A stretch of DNA of 20,000 nucleotides from an uncultured virus (IMG/VR IMGVR_UViG_3300030104_002980) (Duplodnaviria; Heunggongvirae; Uroviricota; Caudoviricetes), in IMG/VR virus record IMGVR_UViG_3300030104_002980; one strand, 5' to 3'. This document shows, one piece after another, positions 7,275-13,962 of the stretch. How positions within the stretch are numbered: position 1 is the first letter of the stretch; the number at the start of each line of letters is the position of its first letter. A model generated the notes under the pieces. It ran no database searches and had not been told where the DNA came from. It worked only from the letters and a program-made list of their open reading frames with translations. The position numbers and the translations under genes were made by a program.

Positions 7275-9565
7275 GCAACGGAACTAAAGTTGTTAAAAGA
7301 GATGGTTCAATTGAACTACTCGATCTAGAAAAGATGCATGTCATGGTCGAAGAGGCATGTAAAGGTCTTGGAGGGGTCTCTGCGAGTCAAGTTGAGATAC
7401 AATCTGGCATACAGTTCTATGATGGTATTACCACTGCTGAAATTCAGGAAATACTGATTAAATCTGCTAGTGATTTAATATCTACTGATAATCCTAACTA
7501 CCAATTTGTTGCTGCTAGACTATTATTGTTCTCTGTAAGAAAAAATTTGTATGGTGGTGTTCGTGATTTACCTCATTTAGAAAATCACATTTACAGTTGC
7601 ACAAATATTGATGTATATGATAAAGACATTTTTAACAAATATTCTAAGGAGGAGATTGACAAGGCTAATGGTTTCCTTGACCATAGCCGCGATTTTCTAT
7701 TCACATATGCAGGACTTCGGCAAGTGGTCGATAAATATCTTGTGCAGGACAGGAGTGGTGGAGGTGTTTTTGAAACACCACAATTCATGTATATCATGAT
7801 TGCCCTGACAATATTTGCAGAATATCCAAAAGAAACCAGACTTAACTACGTAAAAAGATACTATGACGCAATCAGTAAACACAAAATCAACATCCCAACA
7901 CCAATTATGGGAGGTGTCAGAACACCTCTTCGTCAATTTGCATCTTGCGTTTTGGTTGATATTGATGACACCCTCGATAGTATCTTTAGCAGTGATATGG
8001 CTATTGGCAAGTATGTCGCACAAAGGGCTGGTATCGGTATTAACGCAGGGAGAGTCCGTGGTATCAACAGTAAAATCAGAGGCGGAGAGGTTCAACACAC
8101 AGGTGTCATCCCCTTCCTTAAAAAATTTGAATCAACTGTCAGATGCTGCACTCAAAACGGGATCAGAGGCGGCTCAGCTACTGTCCACTTTCCAATCTGG
8201 CATCAAGAAATTCAAGACATCATTGTTCTCAAAAACAACAAAGGCACGGAAGACAACCGAGTAAGAAAGTTAGATTATAGTATTCAATTAAGTGCTTTAT
8301 TTTATCAAAGATTTATTGATGATGGAGAGATAACTTTATTCTCTCCTCATGATGCACCCGGACTTTATGATGCTTTTGGAACTGATTCTTTTGATGAACT
8401 TTATGAAAATTATGAGAAGAGTGATATACCAAAAACCACTGTAGGTGCACAGAAATTAATTCTTGATCTTTTAAAAGAGAGAGCAGAGACTGGTCGTATC
8501 TATATTATGAATATTGATCATTGCAATAGTCATAGTTCTTTCAAAGATAGAGTGACTATGAGTAATCTTTGTCAGGAGATTACTTTACCCACATATCCAC
8601 TACAACATATCGATGATCATTTGGGTGAGATTGCACTTTGTATCCTATCTGCAATTAATGTTGGTAAGGTTCAATCTGATAAAGAATTAGAAGATTTATG
8701 TGATTTATCTGTCCGTGCACTAGAGGAGTTGATTGATTATCAAGATTACCCTGTAAAGGCAGCAGAGATCGCTACAAAGGCAAGAAGATCACTTGGTGTA
8801 GGATTTATAGGTCTAGCACATTATTTGGCAAAACTTGGGTTCAAATATGACTCTCAAGAGGCATGGGATGCTGTTCATAGTTTATCAGAATCTTTTCAAT
8901 ATTACCTTTTAAAATCATCTAATCAGTTAGCAATTGAAAAAGGCCATTGTGAAAACTTCGGAAGAACAAAATATTCAGATGGAATACTTCCAATTGATAC
9001 ATATAAGAAGGATGTAGATGAAATTAGTAATTTAGAGTGTCAGCATGATTGGGAATCTCTTAGGTCATCTATCTTGGAGCACGGTCTCAGGCACTCAACA
9101 TTGTCCGCACAAATGCCTTCGGAGAGTAGTTCCGTTGTGTCAAACGCAACAAATGGAATTGAACCTCCTAGAGCATACTTGTCCATTAAAAAATCAAAGA
9201 AGGGGCCTCTTAAGCAGGTTGTTCCATCTTATGGAAGTCTAAAAAACAATTACACTCTTCTTTGGGATATGCCTGATAATACCGGATATATTAACATAGT
9301 TGCAGTAATGCAAAAGTTTTTTGATCAAGCAATCTCTGGAAATTGGTCATACAATCCAGAGCATTTTGACGACTCTGAAGTTCCGGTTAGTGTGATGGCA
9401 CAAGATTTATTAACAACATACAAATATGGTTGGAAGACATCCTATTATCAAAATACTAATGATATGAAAACTGATGATGTAGAATCAGATAAACCTGATA
9501 TACTAGACTTGATTAACGAAATAGACGACGCAAACGAAGAGGAGTGCGAATCCTGTGCAATTTAA
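7271..9565 (+). CDS. nrdA: Class Ia ribonucleotide reductase alpha subunit
   Basis: N-terminal ATP cone (VVKRDG), RQFASCVL, catalytic SNLCQEI, QMPSESSS, KTSYY tyrosine pair, C-terminal CESC. ATG 7271 overlaps the primase stop. Confidence 0.97.
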   Translation: MSNGTKVVKRDGSIELLDLEKMHVMVEEACKGLGGVSASQVEIQSGIQFYDGITTAEIQEILIKSASDLISTDNPNYQFVAARLLLFSVRKNLYGGVRDLPHLENHIYSCTNIDVYDKDIFNKYSKEEIDKANGFLDHSRDFLFTYAGLRQVVDKYLVQDRSGGGVFETPQFMYIMIALTIFAEYPKETRLNYVKRYYDAISKHKINIPTPIMGGVRTPLRQFASCVLVDIDDTLDSIFSSDMAIGKYVAQRAGIGINAGRVRGINSKIRGGEVQHTGVIPFLKKFESTVRCCTQNGIRGGSATVHFPIWHQEIQDIIVLKNNKGTEDNRVRKLDYSIQLSALFYQRFIDDGEITLFSPHDAPGLYDAFGTDSFDELYENYEKSDIPKTTVGAQKLILDLLKERAETGRIYIMNIDHCNSHSSFKDRVTMSNLCQEITLPTYPLQHIDDHLGEIALCILSAINVGKVQSDKELEDLCDLSVRALEELIDYQDYPVKAAEIATKARRSLGVGFIGLAHYLAKLGFKYDSQEAWDAVHSLSESFQYYLLKSSNQLAIEKGHCENFGRTKYSDGILPIDTYKKDVDEISNLECQHDWESLRSSILEHGLRHSTLSAQMPSESSSVVSNATNGIEPPRAYLSIKKSKKGPLKQVVPSYGSLKNNYTLLWDMPDNTGYINIVAVMQKFFDQAISGNWSYNPEHFDDSEVPVSVMAQDLLTTYKYGWKTSYYQNTNDMKTDDVESDKPDILDLINEIDDANEEECESCAI

Positions 9566-10739
9566 AATTTCATCAACAGAATCAAAACCAATGGCAGAAG
9601 TTAAGGGTATGACTGTGTTCAACACAAAAGATGTTGACACTAAGAAACAACCCATGTTTTTTGGACAACCATTAGGTGTTCAAAGATATGATAACTTCAA
9701 ATATCCACAGTTTGAAAATTTAACTAAACAACAACTTGGATATTTTTGGAGACCAGAAGAGGTGTCTCTACAAAAAGACCGTGGTGATTACCAAACATTA
9801 CGTCCAGAACAGAAACATATCTATACTTCTAACTTAAAGTATCAGATTATGCTTGACTCAGTTCAAGGTCGTGCACCCGGAATGGCATTTTTGCCATACT
9901 GTTCATTACCAGAACTTGAAGCATGTATGGAATGTTGGTCATTTATGGAAATGATACACTCACGTTCTTACACTTATGTAATTAAGAATGTCTATTCTGA
10001 TCCATCCGAAGTATTTGATACAATCATTAATGATCCAAGAATACTAGAACGTGCTGCAAGTGTTACAGGTTCTTATGATGACTTTATCAACGAGGCACAT
10101 GAGTATGATACTGGAAATCAATGGAAATCAGAGAACAAAGGTTCTTATCTGAGAGATTATACAAGAAAAGAATTAAAAAGAAAACTTTATAGGGCAGTCG
10201 CTAATGTCAATATTTTGGAAGGTATCCGCTTTTATGTATCTTTCGCTTGTAGTTTTGCTTTTGGTGAGCTTAAACTCATGGAAGGATCTGCGAAAATCAT
10301 ATCTCTTATTGCAAGAGATGAGAATCAGCATCTGGCAATAACCCAAAACATTTTAAATAATTGGAGAAAAGGTGATGATCCAGAGATGCAACAGATTATG
10401 AAAGAGGAAGAAGAGTGGACTATATCAATGTTTGACAAGTGTGTTAATGAAGAGAAAGCATGGGCAAAGTATTTGTTCAAAGATGGTAGTATGATTGGTT
10501 TAAATGACAAACTACTTCATCAGTATGTTGAGTGGGTATGTAATCGTAGATTAAGATCGATTCATCTTAAACCACAGTATGATATTCCTGCAAGAAACAA
10601 TCCATTACCTTGGACTGAGCACTGGATATCTTCAAAAGGATTGCAGGTTGCACCACAGGAGACAGAGGTTGAATCTTATGTTGTGGGCGGAATAAAACAA
10701 GATGTCAAGAAAGACACATTTAGTGGGTTTAAACTGTAG
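9555..10739 (+). CDS. nrdB: Class Ia ribonucleotide reductase beta subunit
   Basis: FWRPEEV, iron ligands LDSVQ / EMIHSRSY (radical Tyr) / LEGIRF / RDENQH, C-terminal APQETEVESY. Start is GTG 9555 or ATG 9591. Confidence 0.97.
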   Translation: MQFKISSTESKPMAEVKGMTVFNTKDVDTKKQPMFFGQPLGVQRYDNFKYPQFENLTKQQLGYFWRPEEVSLQKDRGDYQTLRPEQKHIYTSNLKYQIMLDSVQGRAPGMAFLPYCSLPELEACMECWSFMEMIHSRSYTYVIKNVYSDPSEVFDTIINDPRILERAASVTGSYDDFINEAHEYDTGNQWKSENKGSYLRDYTRKELKRKLYRAVANVNILEGIRFYVSFACSFAFGELKLMEGSAKIISLIARDENQHLAITQNILNNWRKGDDPEMQQIMKEEEEWTISMFDKCVNEEKAWAKYLFKDGSMIGLNDKLLHQYVEWVCNRRLRSIHLKPQYDIPARNNPLPWTEHWISSKGLQVAPQETEVESYVVGGIKQDVKKDTFSGFKL

Positions 10740-10748
10740 GAAGTAGAC

Positions 10749-10769
10749 TAGATAGTAATAATCTATCTA
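10749..10769. repeat. Inverted repeat TAGATAG-N7-CTATCTA
   Basis: Perfect 7-bp arms at 10749-10755 and 10763-10769, between the nrdB stop and the next ATG. Confidence 0.6.
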
Positions 10770-10772
10770 ATC

Positions 10773-10985
10773 ATGGATGCACTCTCATGCCCTTGGCCTG
10801 ATCCTTTTTACAGAACTTATATGAACGGAAGACTTAAAAAAATTGACATGGAATCAAGACTTCTTAAAATTAAAAGAGGTCTTGACGAACACTCTTGGTA
10901 TCCAGAGTGGAATGATACTCAAAGAGGTGCTGCACAACGCATACTAAATAATGCGTTAGAAGTGCTTCATGAGTATGACTATTGA
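10773..10985 (+). CDS. Conserved cyanophage hypothetical protein
   Basis: 70-aa ORF (alternative start ATG 10821) between nrdB and the nuclease, overlapping the next gene. Confidence 0.6.
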   Translation: MDALSCPWPDPFYRTYMNGRLKKIDMESRLLKIKRGLDEHSWYPEWNDTQRGAAQRILNNALEVLHEYDY

Positions 10986-11415
10986 TTATGAAAATCCCTG
11001 GCTATATAAAGGTTCAAATTTCTCTTCTAATGATATTGGCGATTTCTTCGGTTACGTCTACATCATTACAAATAATAAGAACGGTAGGGAATATATCGGA
11101 CGTAAATATTTTTGGCAGTTCAGAACTCCTAAAGGTAAAAAACGAAAAGTAAAATCAGAATCTGATTGGAAGAAGTATTATGGGTCTTGTCCGGAACTTA
11201 AAGAAGAAATTGGACGATTGGGTAAACAAAATTTTAGTCGAACTATCTTATCATTACATTATACAAAGGGCAAAACAAACTACGAAGAAACCAGACAACT
11301 CTTTACGAACAGGGTTCTTACGGAGCAGCTTGACGATGGAACCCCAAAATACTACAATAGCAACATACTCTCAAGATATTTTAGAAAAGATTACTATGAA
11401 GGGAACATCGACTGA
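10969..11415 (+). CDS. GIY-YIG endonuclease (EndoII/denA- or Seg-like catalytic domain)
   Basis: GYVYIITN...EYIGRK bipartite motif, KKYYGS, conserved Glu (NYEE) and YYNSN. Position after nrdB plus one small ORF parallels T4 nrdB-nrdB.1-denA. Confidence 0.8.
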   Translation: MSMTIDYENPWLYKGSNFSSNDIGDFFGYVYIITNNKNGREYIGRKYFWQFRTPKGKKRKVKSESDWKKYYGSCPELKEEIGRLGKQNFSRTILSLHYTKGKTNYEETRQLFTNRVLTEQLDDGTPKYYNSNILSRYFRKDYYEGNID

Positions 11416-11599
11416 GGAGACCGTATATTCAACACGTAAGTGGTCTATTGCTCGTATAGATGAAGCACAACCAGTCGCCGATAAAAATGCTATATACAAA
11501 GAGTTTGCAGAATGGATAGAACTTGAGATCGGTGACGATGATATAGAAGTTTTATCACTAGAACCACTAGACGATTACTACCGAGAATCAGAGGGTTGA
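11396..11599 (+). CDS. Small acidic hypothetical protein (67 aa)
   Basis: C-terminal part of the listed 11180..11599 ORF. ATG 11396 avoids the long overlap with the nuclease gene. Confidence 0.6.
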   Translation: MKGTSTEETVYSTRKWSIARIDEAQPVADKNAIYKEFAEWIELEIGDDDIEVLSLEPLDDYYRESEG

Positions 11600-11624
11600 C
11601 AACTCTCAGATAGTATGTCATAAT
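11596..11624 (+). promoter_or_regulatory. sigma70-type promoter for the manA RNA
   Basis: TTGACA(11596-11601)-N17-CATAAT(11619-11624) with TG at the extended -10 position. Predicted start near 11631, where the structured RNA begins. Confidence 0.75.
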
Positions 11625-11630
11625 AAGTTT

Positions 11631-11817
11631 GTCGGACGCGACATAGGGAGTGACTGAATAAACTTACTGGCATATTGCTGGTTAAGGTGATGAGACAGAG
11701 GTGGTGCTCGCTGTCAGGAATGGCAGAACTATCTTACCAGATAGGTCTTAGGCAAAGATGTATTTACTCTGTAGTAATGCCCATCTTTTGTTGGTATACA
11801 GGAATCCAACCTCCCCC
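11631..11817 (+). ncRNA. manA RNA: manA RNA motif (structured cis-regulatory RNA / riboswitch candidate)
   Basis: Non-coding, relatively GC-rich, with many helices: GTCG/CGAC 11631-11642; closing GGGAG 11646-50 / CTCCC 11811-15; ACTGGCA/TGCTGGT 11666-82; TGAGAC 11691-96 / GTCTTA 11745-50; CTGTCA-GGAA-TGGCAG 11711-26 (GNRA loop); CTATCT/AGATAG 11729-44; AAAGATG/CATCTTT 11754-88; GTTGG/CCAAC 11790-11810; loop-loop CTGTA 11769-73 with TACAG 11797-801. Lies 5' of a mannose-6-P isomerase-like gene in a cyanophage, the known context of the manA motif. Confidence 0.8.
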
Positions 11818-11824
11818 TTTCTTT

Positions 11825-11875
11825 TAAGACCTAAGATGCAACTTTATAAGTGGGGCAGAGGGTCTTATTTTTTTT
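11825..11875 (+). terminator. Intrinsic terminator downstream of the manA RNA
   Basis: TAAGACC 11825-31 / GGTCTTA 11861-67 stem, inner TGC/GCA and ACTT/AAGT pairs, then T8 at 11868-75. Confidence 0.6.
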
Positions 11876-11882
11876 AATTGAT

Positions 11883-12218
11883 ATGAAAGTAGATAAACCA
11901 TGGGGATCATATGAGGTATTGTTGGACGAACCAACATACAAAGTAAAAAGAATTATAATCTTACCTCAACAACAACTCTCTCTACAGTATCATAATCTTA
12001 GAGAGGAGCATTGGACAATTGTAGAAGGTAGTGGAACTATACATGTTAATGGTGTGGATTTCCAAGGTGTTGTTGGTGATAGAATTATGATTAACAAAAA
12101 AGAGGTTCACCGAGCAAAGGCTAATCAAGAACGTTTAGTTTTTATTGAGGTTCAATTAGGTGAATGTAAAGAAGATGATATTATTAGATTAGAGGATCAG
12201 TATGGTAGAGTCAAATGA
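11883..12218 (+). CDS. manA: Cupin-domain mannose-6-phosphate isomerase (type II PMI C-terminal-like domain)
   Basis: KPWGSY..L, YKVKRI, LSLQYH..REEHW.IV.G, HR, LVFIEVQLG, EDDIIRLEDQYGR match the cupin isomerase domain of ManC/AlgA-type enzymes. ATG 11883. Confidence 0.85.
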   Translation: MKVDKPWGSYEVLLDEPTYKVKRIIILPQQQLSLQYHNLREEHWTIVEGSGTIHVNGVDFQGVVGDRIMINKKEVHRAKANQERLVFIEVQLGECKEDDIIRLEDQYGRVK

Positions 12219-12463
12219 TTATTGTAAAATGCAAAGATTGTAATAAAGAGATAACCAGTAGTAAGAAACCAGAGTCATGTGGATGTCCTAACATGTTGGT
12301 TGTAACAGGCGATTCATTTACGGCAAAAAATCTAAAGAAAGTTATAATGTTAAATAATAATACACAAAAAACAGATGCGAAAGCATTAACACCAGAAGAA
12401 CTTGCTTGGCAAGAACAAAGAAGAAAAAGAAAAGTCAGAAAACTTGACTTTGAAATACGTTAA
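12215..12463 (+). CDS. Small putative Zn-ribbon protein
   Basis: CKDC...CGCPN, basic C-terminus RRKRKVRKLDFEIR, ATGA overlap with the upstream gene. Confidence 0.7.
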   Translation: MIIVKCKDCNKEITSSKKPESCGCPNMLVVTGDSFTAKNLKKVIMLNNNTQKTDAKALTPEELAWQEQRRKRKVRKLDFEIR

Positions 12464-12471
12464 GTCTTAAC

Positions 12472-12831
12472 ATGATCGATACACTAATCAGAGAGTTTCC
12501 AGTAACTACTGTTACTAAACTCAAAAGAAAAAACGATTCTTACACTAAAGAAGAAGTTAATTTACTCATTGAAGCAGCTGTTAAAGAGGCAGTGAATCAA
12601 GCAAGAGAGATTGATGAGATATCAATGGCAAAGCATAATCGCGATGCCACTGTTATCAGTATGATTCTTGGATTCACCACTCTTGCATTATTTGTTGATG
12701 GTCTATTAAGAATGTTAGGAATCATTCCACCATTTATGCATATTGATGTTAATATATTAGATAAGATAGAGACTGATATAATTGATAAAATAAAACAAGT
12801 TCCTATTCAAAAGTTATTTCAACGACAATGA
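12472..12831 (+). CDS. Hypothetical membrane protein
   Basis: Hydrophobic stretch VISMILGFTTLALFVDGLLRMLGIIPPF. Confidence 0.7.
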   Translation: MIDTLIREFPVTTVTKLKRKNDSYTKEEVNLLIEAAVKEAVNQAREIDEISMAKHNRDATVISMILGFTTLALFVDGLLRMLGIIPPFMHIDVNILDKIETDIIDKIKQVPIQKLFQRQ

Positions 12832-13055
12832 ATGATTTTACTGTTTTTATCTTCCTTATATTTTTTGTAGGTGTATTTGGTGCAACATTTGCTTTCATGT
12901 GGAAGATGATGACTACCACTATTGATTCTCTAAACAAACCAATCAAAAGACAAAATATTCACCCAGAAATGACAGACGTTAAATCAGGTGAAGAACTTTT
13001 AGTATTTAATGTTGAAGATGATGACGATGATGATGTCATAATAATTCGTAGATAA
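12828..13055 (+). CDS. Small single-pass membrane protein (DUF2973-like)
   Basis: N-terminal TM helix, HPEM...GEELLVF motif, poly-Asp tail. Family assignment from recall. Confidence 0.6.
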   Translation: MNDFTVFIFLIFFVGVFGATFAFMWKMMTTTIDSLNKPIKRQNIHPEMTDVKSGEELLVFNVEDDDDDDVIIIRR

Positions 13056-13069
13056 TATATAATATACGT
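13056..13069 (+). promoter_or_regulatory. Putative promoter motif TATATAATATACGT (copy 2)
   Basis: Identical to 3784-3797, 12 nt before ATG 13082. Confidence 0.4.
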
Positions 13070-13081
13070 CGCCATACTACA

Positions 13082-13213
13082 ATGCCTGATAAAAAGGTTG
13101 CTTTAGAAAGATTACATGAAGATTACCGAGCAATTCAGAGGAAAAAGAAGGTAAGTAAAGAAGATGAGGCTATAATAGAATTATATACAACTGGTCGGGG
13201 ATCCGATGCTTGA
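13082..13213 (+). CDS. 43-aa small ORF not in the supplied track
   Basis: MPDKKVALERLHEDYRAIQRKKKVSKEDEAIIELYTTGRGSDA, ATG 13082 to TGA 13213, fills the gap. Confidence 0.5.
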   Translation: MPDKKVALERLHEDYRAIQRKKKVSKEDEAIIELYTTGRGSDA

Positions 13214-13238
13214 CATTATCGCAGATTAAATTTAAAAT
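13210..13238 (+). promoter_or_regulatory. sigma70-type early promoter
   Basis: TTGACA(13210-15)-N17-TAAAAT(13233-38). Confidence 0.7.
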
Positions 13239-13247
13239 AAACTGTAA

Positions 13248-13463
13248 ATGTATAAAGCAATGACGCTTAAAAACAAATTTAAAAGGGATATTCACACCCT
13301 ACTTGGTGCTGTCAACAAAGAATTTTTTCTTGATGTATCTCATCCAAAACTTTTTAAAAAAGTTAAAAGATATTACAATAATAAAGAAAATATAGAATTT
13401 ACTGGCAATCACTATGAGGATTATGATATAATGATGGAAGTTATACTAGAGGATCTCTCATGA
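13248..13463 (+). CDS. Conserved cyanophage hypothetical protein
   Basis: 71-aa ORF (possible start ATG 13260) after the promoter, with LDVSHPKLFKKVKRYY and EDYD motifs. Confidence 0.65.
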   Translation: MYKAMTLKNKFKRDIHTLLGAVNKEFFLDVSHPKLFKKVKRYYNNKENIEFTGNHYEDYDIMMEVILEDLS

Positions 13464-13687
13464 ATGTAATTCTAGAACGTTTCCCATACCGATACATTGA
13501 AATGGATGACTTACTTCCAAACGGTTTTAAAGATTATCGTATCCAAAAGTTTAATGAATCAACTCAAAGATGGAGGGACATGTATCTTTGCGATAATTTT
13601 ATGCAAATAGATACAGCAATGGAGGATTTTGAATATACTAAATGGTTAGATCCAGAAGATGTCCCCTGCTATACCAATACTAAATAA
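13460..13687 (+). CDS. Conserved cyanophage hypothetical protein
   Basis: ERFPYRY...DYRIQKFN...WRDMYLCDN...AMEDFEYTKWLDP; ATGA overlap. Confidence 0.7.
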   Translation: MNVILERFPYRYIEMDDLLPNGFKDYRIQKFNESTQRWRDMYLCDNFMQIDTAMEDFEYTKWLDPEDVPCYTNTK

Positions 13688-13704
13688 AGAAAATTAATAA
13701 AACC

Positions 13705-13911
13705 ATGGCAGCAAAAGGAAAAGCAGCAAAGTCTGCAACAGGTGCTTCTATGTCAAAATATGATGTAGAGGTAGAGGCAAGACTCAAAGCATTGGAAGAA
13801 GCAGTCGCTGAATTGAAATCACATACACATGATAGTGATGCCAGTAGCGATCATGATACACTTGTAAGTATGATTGAAACACTTCACGATGCCTTCCCCG
13901 GAAGATTCTAA
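13705..13911 (+). CDS. Small coiled-coil hypothetical protein
   Basis: AAKSATGASMSKYDVEVEARLKALEE. A late-like ACTAAATA lies upstream at 13679-86. Confidence 0.65.
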   Translation: MAAKGKAAKSATGASMSKYDVEVEARLKALEEAVAELKSHTHDSDASSDHDTLVSMIETLHDAFPGRF

Positions 13912-13913
13912 GA

Positions 13914-13942
13914 TTGACATTTAATTCTTAATTTCTTATAAT
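13914..13942 (+). promoter_or_regulatory. Consensus sigma70 promoter for the glycan cluster
   Basis: Perfect TTGACA(13914-19)-N17-TATAAT(13937-42), 20 nt upstream of ATG 13963. Confidence 0.85.
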
Positions 13943-13962
13943 AATTATAATACGATAATCGC

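Noticed and set aside
6027..10510. Overlapping ORFs within the primase region, nrdA and nrdB (e.g. 7863..8264 +, 7697..8098 -, 6904..7137 +)
   Set aside because: Nested in highly conserved genes; the longest coincide with C-ending codon patches that deplete stops in other frames
7271..10739. Introns, inteins or a mobE-like homing endonuclease in or between nrdA and nrdB
   Set aside because: Both ORFs are continuous and of normal length, abut each other, and show no intein motifs
11180..11395. N-terminal extension of the 11180..11599 ORF
   Set aside because: Lies wholly within the GIY-YIG gene; ATG 11396 gives a compact plausible protein
11631..11875. tRNA, tmRNA or group I intron reading of the structured region
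   Set aside because: No T-loop GTTCRA, cloverleaf or CCA end, and no interrupted ORF; context fits manA. No tRNA was noticed elsewhere in the window.
11850..11882. GTG start at 11850 for the cupin gene
   Set aside because: Falls inside the terminator hairpin; cupin homology begins at ATG 11883
12444..12473. Possible promoter TTGACT-N18-TAACAT
   Set aside because: Poor spacing and the -10 overlaps the start codon at 12472
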